From NCBI GenBank assembly GCA_048937405.1, contig JBHLNF010000001.1, forward strand, positions 976,785 through 1,040,784: 64,000 bases of DNA. Reading direction: 5' to 3'. The number at the start of each line of letters is the position of its first letter. Within the stretch, counting starts at the first letter, position 1. Made by a program: the position numbers and the translations under genes. This document shows, in pieces, positions 11,034-20,469 of the stretch. Origin of the DNA: Promethearchaeota archaeon. GTDB lineage: Archaea; Asgardarchaeota; Lokiarchaeia; Sigyniarchaeales; SOKP01. The notes under the pieces are model-generated. The model saw only the letters and a list, made by a program, of their open reading frames with translations, ran no database searches and was not told where the DNA came from.

Positions 11034-11387
11034 ATGACATTGAATATTGAAATAATGGAAGAAAAAAAGAACCCTTTAATTGATCGGACAGAATTAGAAA
11101 TTAGGATTGATCATTTTGGAGAGGGAACCCCAAATAGATTGGAAGTGAAGAAAAAAATAGCTGCATTACAGGGTAGCGACGAAAAACTAACAATAATAAA
11201 AAAACTCGATACTCATTTTGGCAGTTCTCATACTATTGGAAAAGTATATATTTATGAAAACTCAAAAGATCTTGTTTATTTCGAACCATTTCATATTCAA
11301 GTGCGGAATTTTGAAAAGGATAAAAGAACAGAAATTTATCAATTGAAAAGGAGACGGGAACCTTTTAAACATCTTTTTGAATATTAA
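11034..11387 (+). CDS. rps24e: 30S ribosomal protein S24e (eS24)
   Basis: NPLIDRTE, TPNR, T.FG and KVYIY motifs; operon context. Confidence 0.95.
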   Translation: MTLNIEIMEEKKNPLIDRTELEIRIDHFGEGTPNRLEVKKKIAALQGSDEKLTIIKKLDTHFGSSHTIGKVYIYENSKDLVYFEPFHIQVRNFEKDKRTEIYQLKRRREPFKHLFEY

Positions 11388-11412
11388 TTATATAGTATTA
11401 AGTGAAAAAAAA

Positions 11413-11619
11413 ATGAATTCCTCAAATTATTATAAAATTGAAGGGGGAAAGTTAGTTAGAACTCAAAGATCATGCCCTAAATGTGGGCCAAGCTATTTCT
11501 TAGCGAATCACTATGATCGATGGAGTTGTGGAAAATGCGGATATGCGGTATTCAAGAGAAAAGGACAGCCAAAGGCTAAAACTACAAGAAGATCTCCTCG
11601 AAAACGTTCAAAAGCGTAA
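11413..11619 (+). CDS. rps27ae: 30S ribosomal protein S27ae (eS31), no ubiquitin fusion, basic C-terminal tail
   Basis: YYK...CPKCG..FLA.H.DRW.CGKCG; ATG 11413 is in frame. Confidence 0.95.
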   Translation: MNSSNYYKIEGGKLVRTQRSCPKCGPSYFLANHYDRWSCGKCGYAVFKRKGQPKAKTTRRSPRKRSKA

Positions 11620-11736
11620 AGTAAGATTTAACTTTAAATAACTTTTAAAAATTAAACTTATTCACCTAATATTACATACTATTAATTCTATCTTCACCTT
11701 ATAGACTATTACTTTAATGAAAATTTGGCGAGCTTT

Positions 11737-12741
11737 ATGAGAAAGTTATGTCTTGGAATAGAATCTACTGCTCACACGTTCAGTGTAGGAATTTTAGATT
11801 TTGAGGGAAATGTATATAGTCTTATAAATGATGTTTATGTCCCTGAAGAAGGGGGTCTCCATCCTGGTTTAGTTAGGGAGCAACATTTAAACAATTTTAT
11901 GAACATAGTAAATAGTGCTTTAACTGAGGCTAAAATATCCATAAAAGACATTAATTTGATTGCATTTAGTCAAAGTCCTGGTTTAGGACCTGCGTTAAAA
12001 ATTGGTGCATGGGTTGCACGTATGTTAAGCCAATTAGTCAATATTGAAATAGTAGGAGTAAACCATTGTATCGCTCATATTGAAATTGGACGTTTAAAAT
12101 GTAATATTGAAGATCCACTTACTCTTTACGTGAGTGGTGGGAATACAATAGTTAGTGCCTTTGAATCTGAAAGATATCAAATTTTTGGTGAAACTCTTGA
12201 CTTAGCTATTGGCAATATGATGGATACTTTTGCTCGTGATGCGGGTTTAAGCCATCCTGGTGGCCCAAAAATTGAAAAATTAGCATTAGATTCAAATAAC
12301 TATATTGAATTACCTTATGTTGTAAAAGGTATGGATCTCTCATTTTCTGGTCTTTATACAGCAGCAAAATATCTACTCCAGTCTGAAGACTATGGTACTA
12401 AATATAATTTAAATGATGTTGCTTATTCTTTGCAAGAAACAGCTTTTGGAATGCTAACTGAGGTTACTGAAAGAGCTTTAGCCCATACAGAAAAGCAAGA
12501 AGTACTTCTTACAGGAGGGGTAGCAGCAAATAAAAGGCTACAGTCTATGATAGAATATATTAGTAAGGAACATGATGCTAGATTCGAAGTCGTTCCTCTA
12601 AAATTCGCAGGTGATAATGGAGCAATGATTGGTTGGGCAGGGATTTTAAGATATCAATTACAAGGGGGGCATAATATTTCTGATACAATTATTAAACCGA
12701 AGCAAAGAATGGATCAAATTACAGTTCCTTGGAGGCACTAA
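11737..12741 (+). CDS. kae1: KEOPS t6A threonylcarbamoyltransferase Kae1
   Basis: GIESTAH, HCIAH, VSGGNT, GGVAAN and DNGAMI motifs. Confidence 0.97.
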   Translation: MRKLCLGIESTAHTFSVGILDFEGNVYSLINDVYVPEEGGLHPGLVREQHLNNFMNIVNSALTEAKISIKDINLIAFSQSPGLGPALKIGAWVARMLSQLVNIEIVGVNHCIAHIEIGRLKCNIEDPLTLYVSGGNTIVSAFESERYQIFGETLDLAIGNMMDTFARDAGLSHPGGPKIEKLALDSNNYIELPYVVKGMDLSFSGLYTAAKYLLQSEDYGTKYNLNDVAYSLQETAFGMLTEVTERALAHTEKQEVLLTGGVAANKRLQSMIEYISKEHDARFEVVPLKFAGDNGAMIGWAGILRYQLQGGHNISDTIIKPKQRMDQITVPWRH

Positions 12742-12747
12742 CTAACC

Positions 12748-13425
12748 TTGAGTTCTAATGTAAAGAAAGAAAAAGTCATTAAAAAAGGAGCTGAAGCAAG
12801 TCTTTATTATGGACATTGGTTTGGGAAAGAAGTAATATTTAAGTATAGAATTCCAAAAAAATATCGTATAAAAGAATTGGATAAATCAATTAGAACGCAA
12901 AGAACATTAAACGAAGCCAAAGCGTTGATAAAAGTCAAAACATATGGTATTAATGTACCTCAAGTTTTTGAGATTGATTCAGTTAATTCCACAATAGTTA
13001 TGAAATATATACAAGGTAATCGATTAAAAGATATTTTATCTGAATTAGATGATGATCTCAAGAAAAAATATTTCAATGATCTTGGCAGGATAATAGCAGT
13101 TTTGCATAGAAATGGACATATTCATGGTGATATTACTACGAGTAATATAATTATCACTCCTGAAAATCATATTTTTCTCATAGATTTTGGCTTACATGAA
13201 TATTCTAATACAATAGAAGATAAAAGCGTTGATCTACATCTCCTAAAGAGAGTTTTAATCTCCTCACATGGGTTTGAAAATTATAAATTTTGTTTTTATG
13301 CGTTTCTCGAGGGATATAGGTTAGAATATGAAAAGATGGAAGATGATGAGTGTGATAAAATTATTAAAAACATTAATTCCATTGAGTCTCGCGGGAGATA
13401 TATAGATTCCGAAGATAGATTATAA
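12748..13425 (+). CDS. bud32: KEOPS kinase Bud32
   Basis: GAEA, K.R..K.YR, HGDITTSN, IDFGL and RGRY motifs; follows kae1. Confidence 0.96.
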   Translation: MSSNVKKEKVIKKGAEASLYYGHWFGKEVIFKYRIPKKYRIKELDKSIRTQRTLNEAKALIKVKTYGINVPQVFEIDSVNSTIVMKYIQGNRLKDILSELDDDLKKKYFNDLGRIIAVLHRNGHIHGDITTSNIIITPENHIFLIDFGLHEYSNTIEDKSVDLHLLKRVLISSHGFENYKFCFYAFLEGYRLEYEKMEDDECDKIIKNINSIESRGRYIDSEDRL

Positions 13426-13736
13426 ATTTTATCCTAACTTATTCATTTTGTCTAATAGAAGCAAAATGAAAATCTTAAAATATTTTCATCTAAACTATTA
13501 ATTCAGTTGATAAAGTGTTCATCTAATTAAATAAATTAACTAAATAGTGTATATCTGATTTAGACTACTTTAAATACTCCAAATCATACCAATTAACTTT
13601 ATATACATGTTATACTTATAATACAATATTGAAAAGAGTGAATAAATTAAGGGGCAAAGAATATATCTACATTCTAATTCACTTTTGACATAAAAAATAG
13701 GAGAATTTCAGATATAATTTCCGTGGAAATAAGTCA

Positions 13737-13946
13737 ATGTCAGAAACTGAAAATTTGAAAAAAAAAAAGAAAATGGTTAATATTACCATAAATTTACCCG
13801 AAATCTATGACAAAAATATTAAAAAATTGATTGGTATGAAGGTTTGTTCATCCCGAAGTGAAGCAATAAGAAACGCATTAAGAGATTTCCTTCATAAAGA
13901 ATATAAAAATCTTAAATTATTAGGATTTTTTGAAGAATCATCCTAA
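13737..13946 (+). CDS. ribbon-helix-helix (CopG-like) DNA-binding protein
   Basis: ITINLP...SRSEAIRNALRDFL. Confidence 0.9.
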   Translation: MSETENLKKKKKMVNITINLPEIYDKNIKKLIGMKVCSSRSEAIRNALRDFLHKEYKNLKLLGFFEESS

Positions 13947-14040
13947 GAAGCTAATCTCTTCGGATTTACTCCTACTTAAGATTTATAACACTAGTTTACT
14001 TACTAATTTATTATCCTTATGAACTACTTAGAGAAATAAA

Positions 14041-14628
14041 ATGCAATTATATCTAATAACGGAATCTGGATCTTTAAGAAAAGTCAATAGAGTAGATTTT
14101 AATGAAAACAAAGTATTTCTAATTGATGATATTAGAACATTATATTTATGGTTTGGATTAAAAGCTTCTGAGAAAAAAAAAAAAATAAGTCTTGAAAGAA
14201 TCGATAAATTGAAAGCTCAAAGAAAAAAAACACCAGAACTTATAGTGTTAAATCAAAATAAAGAGTATGGTTCATTTTTAGCGATTATGGATGTTATAAG
14301 AAAAGGGTTGGATGTTGGTGCTGCTCTTGAAAGAAGACCTGAATTAAAAATTCAATACAATGATACTCAAGAACTTATCGAGGCGGGAATAGATCCAGAT
14401 TTTGAAGGTGAAATTACTATTGCTGCCCACAATCTTGCTCAAGAAAACCACTCTTATGAAGATTTATGCAAAAAACTAGCTGAAATACAAATGAGATTAA
14501 TAAAAGAGGATGCATCTGAAAAAGAAATTGAGAAAAAAACAGAGAAAATATATAAATCTTCATCAACATATGAAGAACTCTGCTGGTTGATTGCTGAATT
14601 AAGCAAACTTCTTGAGAGAAAACCTTAA
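14041..14628 (+). CDS. single-domain gelsolin-like protein with helical C-terminal extension
   Basis: F....VFLID....YLWFG..AS...NQNKE...F gelsolin pattern; duplicated YE(D/E)LC..(L/I)AE helices. Confidence 0.75.
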   Translation: MQLYLITESGSLRKVNRVDFNENKVFLIDDIRTLYLWFGLKASEKKKKISLERIDKLKAQRKKTPELIVLNQNKEYGSFLAIMDVIRKGLDVGAALERRPELKIQYNDTQELIEAGIDPDFEGEITIAAHNLAQENHSYEDLCKKLAEIQMRLIKEDASEKEIEKKTEKIYKSSSTYEELCWLIAELSKLLERKP

Positions 14629-14630
14629 TT

Positions 14631-15143
14631 TTAGTCAACTGCTTTAATTTTAATTGTAATATGTATATCTTCTTTAGAAAAATTAATATGTTTATTAAAA
14701 AGTTTATTAATAGCTTTTATATAAATTCCATTTCTTCCAACTGCGATATGATATGTATTTAAATATTTCAAGAAACATATATTTATCTCATATTTTCCTT
14801 CTTTATCATTTATTTCAATTCTAACATCATGTATACACAAATCTGGAAATAGATTAAAAAGTAAATTTAATAAAATATTATCTAACCTAATTATTGAAAT
14901 TTTTTTTATAATTTTATGTCTTAAAGAGTTTAAATAAGTTTTTGCTTCAAAATATCTATCCTGTTTTATAAAAAGAAATATAAATTCATCATCTTCAACA
15001 TTTATGATGATTATATGTGAAGGGTCTATTTTTGTCTTGTCGTAGAAATATTTGTAGAGTTTAAGTTCATAATTAGAATATTTTATATTATCAATGGCTA
15101 ATACTTGATAAAGAATTAAATCATCGAGAATCGTGTAAAACAT
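14631..15143 (-). CDS. divergent NusA-like (KH domain) protein
   Basis: AVGRNGIYIKAIN KH-type motif; overall layout of archaeal NusA. Confidence 0.6.
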   Translation of the reverse strand: MFYTILDDLILYQVLAIDNIKYSNYELKLYKYFYDKTKIDPSHIIIINVEDDEFIFLFIKQDRYFEAKTYLNSLRHKIIKKISIIRLDNILLNLLFNLFPDLCIHDVRIEINDKEGKYEINICFLKYLNTYHIAVGRNGIYIKAINKLFNKHINFSKEDIHITIKIKAVD

Positions 15144-15245
15144 ATAATTGTTTTTTAGGATGTATTTTTAAAGTACGAGAAAAATAGTAATTATAATTAC
15201 CTTAAAAAAAAGCTCTCTTTTCATTTAAGGTAATAATAAATTCAA

Positions 15246-15791
15246 TCAACCAATCAAATTATAGAACTTAGCGAGTAAAAAGGCATTCACGGTCGAACTG
15301 TGAATAATATCACCATTTCTAATTAAATTATGTATTTCTTCAATGGTGAATTCATATACTGAAATAATTTCATTTGGATCTATCGGTTCTGAATTATTTT
15401 TTTTTACTTTAGCAAAATATAGGTAATTCCAAACAGTATTAAGAAAAGATATTCTTGTTTTTCCTAAAAAAGTAATACTTTCCACCTTATAACCTGTTTC
15501 TTCTTCTGTTTCTCTTATTGCTGCTTCCTCAGGTTTCTCAGCTTTATCAATCATACCACCTACGGAAGTTTTTGTTTTTATTTGCCATGGATATGGGTAT
15601 GAGTCTACAAGAATAATTTTATTATCAACTGTCTGGCAAATAATTGTAACAAAATCTCTCCCTTCAATAACAACATATTCCGTTTGTTGACCATCTGGTT
15701 TTAATACTAAATCATTTCTCAAACCAATGAAACGATTTCGAAATATAACTCTTTCCTCTAATTGCCTCCAAATATAAAATTTTTGGTTCAT
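15246..15791 (-). CDS. NUDIX hydrolase (ADP-ribose pyrophosphatase-like)
   Basis: Nudix box GGMIDKAEKPEEAAIRETEEETGY. Confidence 0.93.
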   Translation of the reverse strand: MNQKFYIWRQLEERVIFRNRFIGLRNDLVLKPDGQQTEYVVIEGRDFVTIICQTVDNKIILVDSYPYPWQIKTKTSVGGMIDKAEKPEEAAIRETEEETGYKVESITFLGKTRISFLNTVWNYLYFAKVKKNNSEPIDPNEIISVYEFTIEEIHNLIRNGDIIHSSTVNAFLLAKFYNLIG

Positions 15792-15925
15792 ATCATATTC
15801 AATGATTTATATTATTATATTTCTATTTATCAGAAAAAACCCAAATCTTTCTATTACAATGGTAATAATTTAATTCAATTTTTGAATATCTTATTTCTGC
15901 AGTACTCTATAAAACTAAATATCTA

Positions 15926-17677
15926 TTATATTGCATTGCTAACTCCAATTGCATTTGAAATAACAGCAGCAAAGAAAATTTGAACTATTGTAAATGATAT
16001 CAAAACAACAGGATAGAAAGCTTTCACGTTCTGAAATATCTTAGTATTTTGAATTATTATCAACAGAAGAACTATATACATAAATAAAACGGAGGGAAAA
16101 TAAGACAATTGATTTGTTAATGTCATCAAAGTTATCATCAGTATAATTGCAGTGATTATTAAAACCCTATTCTTAGAATTCTCCGATTTTAAGAACTTTA
16201 ACCTTGGATAAATCACTTTTCTTAGAAGTATTTCTATTGAGAGAAATACTGGAAGAGCAATGTAACTTAACATAAAATCTAAAACGAAATTTGATGGCCA
16301 AATAAAACCAAATGGATAATAAAAAGAGAACAGCATATATATAGCTATGAAATAACTTGCCGATATTAGATTAAAAATCAGGTAACTCAATTTAAATTGG
16401 TTTTTTATCATTTTTTTCAAGTTAATTAAATAACTTCTGTTTTTTAACTTTCTTAAGAGATTTATAATTCTTATTACAGTGAAAACTAGAAGCATAAGTA
16501 ATGAAGCGTATAAAATTCCCTTTAATCCATAGAGCTTTTCAAACAAAACCCAATTAAGTAAAAATGCTCCAATGTAAATAATTGTCATTAAAATTAACTT
16601 TTGCTGATTTAAATCACTTACCGTTAATTTAGGGTTTATTAAATTATAATTTTCAAACAATTTTTCCTTTCTAAAGAAAATTCGACTCGATATTGAAATT
16701 AGGGAAATAACGCTAATAAATATGATAATAATGTTTATGAAAATTAACACATAATTATAATAGAATGTAATAAATATGTGTCCATTAATATTAGGTGACC
16801 CAAAAAAATGATTTTCAAACCAGTTTATTGATTCAATAAGTACTTCATCTGAGAAAAGTTGGTGTCCCCCACCTAACAAAAAGCCCTTTATTGGAATTAC
16901 TGTACAATTTGTTAACTCTTGGGCTTTTAGAGCATTATCTGTAAAATCCAATGCTTCATCATCAACATGCATGATGATTAGTAAATTTTGAGTATTTTGT
17001 TCATTCAGTAAATTAATCGGAATGTAATTGATAAATTGGTCGTTATATACAAATCCATATCTTGGTGGTGTAAAATTTATAAGTGGAGCTAAGGCGACTA
17101 TTACTTGAAATCGTGGATCTAATGCTTGATTCATAAGTACTACCATTCCACCAAGTGAATGACCAATAAGTCCAATTTGAGATCTATCTACATCTTTATA
17201 AAAAGATAATGTTTCTAATTTATCTAATAAGTTAGAACAATCCTGAGCTAACGCAGGAATACCAGTAATGGGGTCTATATTATTTATATTCCCTCCGCTC
17301 TCACCATGTCCTTGATAATCTAGAGCCGTAACATAAAACCCTCTCTTACTAAATTCGATTGGAATCCTAAGATCGAAATCTCGTTTAGATCCTATACCAT
17401 GACAATAAATAATTAAAGGATATTTTTCCTGGAATTCCAAAGATTTTGAAGGATAATATAAATTTGCATAGAGAGTTGCCCCAGATGATTCAAATTGGAC
17501 ACGTTCATATCGATCATAACTCTGGGATTTATTTAATTGGAGTGCAGTTAATGTTATAATTAGAATAATAATAAAAACTAAAATTTTTTTAAGATGATGA
17601 TAGTCTTTATGCGTCATCTCACCAACAATAATAAACTCAGATTCTTCCAAAACAGGTGTTTGTTTTTTTGAGATAAT
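15926..17677 (-). CDS. membrane-anchored alpha/beta hydrolase with polytopic C-terminal membrane domain
   Basis: HG, GHGESGG, GHSLGG nucleophile elbow; several C-terminal TM helices; AGGTGA followed by 6 nt points to ATT 17677 (alternative TTG 17650). Confidence 0.85.
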   Translation of the reverse strand: MISKKQTPVLEESEFIIVGEMTHKDYHHLKKILVFIIILIITLTALQLNKSQSYDRYERVQFESSGATLYANLYYPSKSLEFQEKYPLIIYCHGIGSKRDFDLRIPIEFSKRGFYVTALDYQGHGESGGNINNIDPITGIPALAQDCSNLLDKLETLSFYKDVDRSQIGLIGHSLGGMVVLMNQALDPRFQVIVALAPLINFTPPRYGFVYNDQFINYIPINLLNEQNTQNLLIIMHVDDEALDFTDNALKAQELTNCTVIPIKGFLLGGGHQLFSDEVLIESINWFENHFFGSPNINGHIFITFYYNYVLIFINIIIIFISVISLISISSRIFFRKEKLFENYNLINPKLTVSDLNQQKLILMTIIYIGAFLLNWVLFEKLYGLKGILYASLLMLLVFTVIRIINLLRKLKNRSYLINLKKMIKNQFKLSYLIFNLISASYFIAIYMLFSFYYPFGFIWPSNFVLDFMLSYIALPVFLSIEILLRKVIYPRLKFLKSENSKNRVLIITAIILMITLMTLTNQLSYFPSVLFMYIVLLLIIIQNTKIFQNVKAFYPVVLISFTIVQIFFAAVISNAIGVSNAI

Positions 17678-17952
17678 TTTTTGTCACCTTTCACAAGTTT
17701 TGAAATTTACAAACTTCCAATAAAAAGATATGAAATTGCATATTTAAATGTTTTCACAAGATTTGAAAAATAAAACAAAAATTAATAAGATGAATGTATG
17801 TTTACATAATTTTTTTCTTAAAAGTCTTCATCTATTTGCTAATGATATGCGTAAATCAATTAGTAATTAAACTCACTAAAAGTCATCTTTAATAGAATAG
17901 ATTAAAATATAACTAATGTTAGTATTTATTAATAATTTGATGTGAAATTATT

Positions 17953-19620
17953 ATGAAGTTGATTAAAGGATTTCCAGCTGAACCAGAAGGAACATATAAC
18001 TATCAATTAAATGTTATTAACTTTATAAAACATGCGATGAGAAATTATGCAAGACAAGAAATAATTAGTAGAAAACATGATGGTACTCTTTTTAGGTATA
18101 CATATAAGGAGTCATATGAAAGAATGCAAAGATTAGCAAATGCATTAGAATCGATTGGAGTAAAAGTAGCTGATCGTGTTGGTGTTTTAGCATGGAATAC
18201 TCACCAGCATTATGAGATATATTATGGATTACCTGGAATTGGCGCTGTAATGGTTACTTTAAATTTACGTCTTGCTCCCCAAGATTTAGTGTATATAGTA
18301 AATCACTCCGGAACAAGTTATCTAATTGTCGATGAGGATTTAATTCAAATAGCTGAGAGCATAGCACCTTCATGTGACAATATAAAAGGCTATATTATTA
18401 TTACTGAGAAGAATATAAACGAAGTGGAAACAAATCTAAACCCTATTTATAGTTATGAAGATATTTTAAATAAAGCATCACCAGAATATGAATGGATAAA
18501 TCTTGATGAAAATTCCGCTTATGCTGCATGTTATACTACGGGTACCACTGGTAAACCAAAAGGTGTTTATTATTCACATCGAAATTTGTACTTACAAACG
18601 ATGATGTTTGCATCTTTTTTTTCATTTACTGTAAATGATGTTGTTTTGCAGTTAGTACCAATGTTCCATGTTTTGGGGTGGTCAATGCCACACTCTGCTA
18701 CTTATGTTGGGGCTAAAATAATTTTCTCTGGAAAGTGGAATTTGAATGATGTTGAGGAACTTACAAAAATTATGGTTCAAGAAAATGTTTCTCTTACTGG
18801 GGCTGTTCCAGCAGTTTTCATGACAATGCTAGAATTTATTAAAAAAATGAAAGAAAAGCCAGATTTTACTGGAGCTCGTTTTATCTGTGGTGGTTCTGAA
18901 CCTCCAATTACTTTAATGCGTGGCTTTTGGGATGAAACTGGAGGAGAAATAATTCATTCTTACGGTTCTACGGAAGCTATGTCAAATACTACCCAAAACT
19001 CATTTAAACCATGGCTTAAAGAAGATCTTACAGAAGAAGAACTATGGGAACTAAAGAAAAAACAAGGTATAATCGTCTCTGGAATTGATGTTAAAATTGT
19101 TGATGAGAATGGTAATGAACTCCCTCATGATGGAAAAACTTCAGGAGAAGTTCTTTTCCGTGGACCTTGGATTACTAGAAGCTATTATAATGCACCACAT
19201 ACAATTAATAGTTTTACTGAAGAAGGATTTTATAGAAGTGGTGATGCTGGCTGTCTTGACTCAGAAGGATATCTTAAGATTACTGATAGAATAAAGGATG
19301 TAATTAAAAGTGGTGGAGAATGGATTAGCTCAATTGATATGGAAAACTCACTAGTATCACATCCGGGAGTATTAGAAGCAGCCGTTATAGGTATTCCTCA
19401 TCCAAAATGGGATGAAAGACCTTTAGCTTTAGTGGTTTTACGAGATGGATTTCAATCCATAAATAAAGAGGAAATTCATGGTTATCTTGCCAAAACCTTT
19501 GCTAAGTGGCAATTGCCCGAAGAAATTTTATTTGTGGAGGCAATCCCCAGAACTAGCGTAGGGAAACTTGATAAAAAACTAATGCGAATTAAATATCAAG
19601 ACTTATATACAAAAAGTTAA
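17953..19620 (+). CDS. medium/long-chain fatty acid--CoA ligase (AlkK-like)
   Basis: YTTGTTGKPKG, YGSTE, SGD, DRIKDVIKSGGEWISS and GKLDK motifs. Confidence 0.95.
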   Translation: MKLIKGFPAEPEGTYNYQLNVINFIKHAMRNYARQEIISRKHDGTLFRYTYKESYERMQRLANALESIGVKVADRVGVLAWNTHQHYEIYYGLPGIGAVMVTLNLRLAPQDLVYIVNHSGTSYLIVDEDLIQIAESIAPSCDNIKGYIIITEKNINEVETNLNPIYSYEDILNKASPEYEWINLDENSAYAACYTTGTTGKPKGVYYSHRNLYLQTMMFASFFSFTVNDVVLQLVPMFHVLGWSMPHSATYVGAKIIFSGKWNLNDVEELTKIMVQENVSLTGAVPAVFMTMLEFIKKMKEKPDFTGARFICGGSEPPITLMRGFWDETGGEIIHSYGSTEAMSNTTQNSFKPWLKEDLTEEELWELKKKQGIIVSGIDVKIVDENGNELPHDGKTSGEVLFRGPWITRSYYNAPHTINSFTEEGFYRSGDAGCLDSEGYLKITDRIKDVIKSGGEWISSIDMENSLVSHPGVLEAAVIGIPHPKWDERPLALVVLRDGFQSINKEEIHGYLAKTFAKWQLPEEILFVEAIPRTSVGKLDKKLMRIKYQDLYTKS

Positions 19621-19681
19621 GAATATAAATTTAAACTCTATTTTGTTCAAATAAGCAATACTTTTCTATTAAATTAGAGTT

Positions 19682-19927
19682 CTATCTTCTTCCCCGAATT
19701 TTACGAGCTTCTCGTTCTACTTCGCGTAGAATTACGATGTCATCCATCCGAATTGGACCTTTCACATTACGAGTGAGAATTCGATTTTTATCTGGACCTT
19801 CAAGAATACGAACTTTAATTTGAGTAATTTCCCCCGTGAGACCAGTACGTCCAATTACTTGAATTACTTGAGCTGGAATAGATTGATCTTGAACTGTAAC
19901 ACCTTTTGATTTGTCTAATTTTACCAA
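19682..19927 (-). CDS. rps28e: 30S ribosomal protein S28e (eS28)
   Basis: IGRTG.TGE.TQ...RNVKGP...LRE.EREAR; GGTGA 6 nt before TTG. Confidence 0.97.
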   Translation of the reverse strand: MVKLDKSKGVTVQDQSIPAQVIQVIGRTGLTGEITQIKVRILEGPDKNRILTRNVKGPIRMDDIVILREVEREARKIRGRR

Positions 19928-19945
19928 ATATCATCACCAAAACAA

Positions 19946-20317
19946 TTATTTTTTTATCTCTTCAATTTTTTTAACAACATCATTTAATGCGTTTTCATTT
20001 CCAGAGCCGACATTTTCAATAGCAATTGCACTTGAAGATACATTGATTCTAATCACATTTCCAAGTTCTTTTTTAGTTGATAAATAACCATAGGGAATTC
20101 CTTTCTCTTCACAGAGAAGTGGAATGTGAAATAAAATTTCTGGAGGAGTTACATCTTCAGCCATAACAACCAATTTTGCTTGAACTCTTTCAATAGATTT
20201 AGTTACTTCATTCATACCTTTTCTAATTTTTGAATCTCTTGTTTCTGCTATTGTTGTTAAAGTATTCTTGAGCTGATTTTTTAACTTTTCAGGTATTTTA
20301 AATTTAACATATGAAAT
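19946..20317 (-). CDS. rpl7ae: ribosomal protein L7Ae / k-turn binding protein (123 aa from probable ATT start)
   Basis: frame continues upstream of ATG 20215 through (M)SYVKFKIPE...KIRKGMNEVTKSIER; AEDV.P.EI..H.P.LCEEK. Confidence 0.95.
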   Translation of the reverse strand: MSYVKFKIPEKLKNQLKNTLTTIAETRDSKIRKGMNEVTKSIERVQAKLVVMAEDVTPPEILFHIPLLCEEKGIPYGYLSTKKELGNVIRINVSSSAIAIENVGSGNENALNDVVKKIEEIKK

Positions 20318-20323
20318 CTTTAT

Positions 20324-20331
20324 TCATCTCC
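20324..20331 (-). promoter_or_regulatory. Shine-Dalgarno-like GGAGATGA of rpl7ae
   Basis: 7/8 match to GGAGGTGA, 6 nt upstream of in-frame ATT 20317; same spacing as rps28e. Confidence 0.65.
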
Positions 20332-20469
20332 TTCAAATATATTTAATTAAAGATATATTTTCATAAATCATCGATTTATTATAATGAAACTAATTGGGGA
20401 AATTAAATAAAATTTTTCATTTAGGTAAAAAACCTAAAAATTTTTTTAAAATGAATCGTTTGATAGTTT

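Noticed and set aside
11377-11619. Ubiquitin-eS31 fusion as in eukaryotes
   Set aside because: Only 12 extra codons precede the likely ATG and they overlap rps24e; no ubiquitin sequence.
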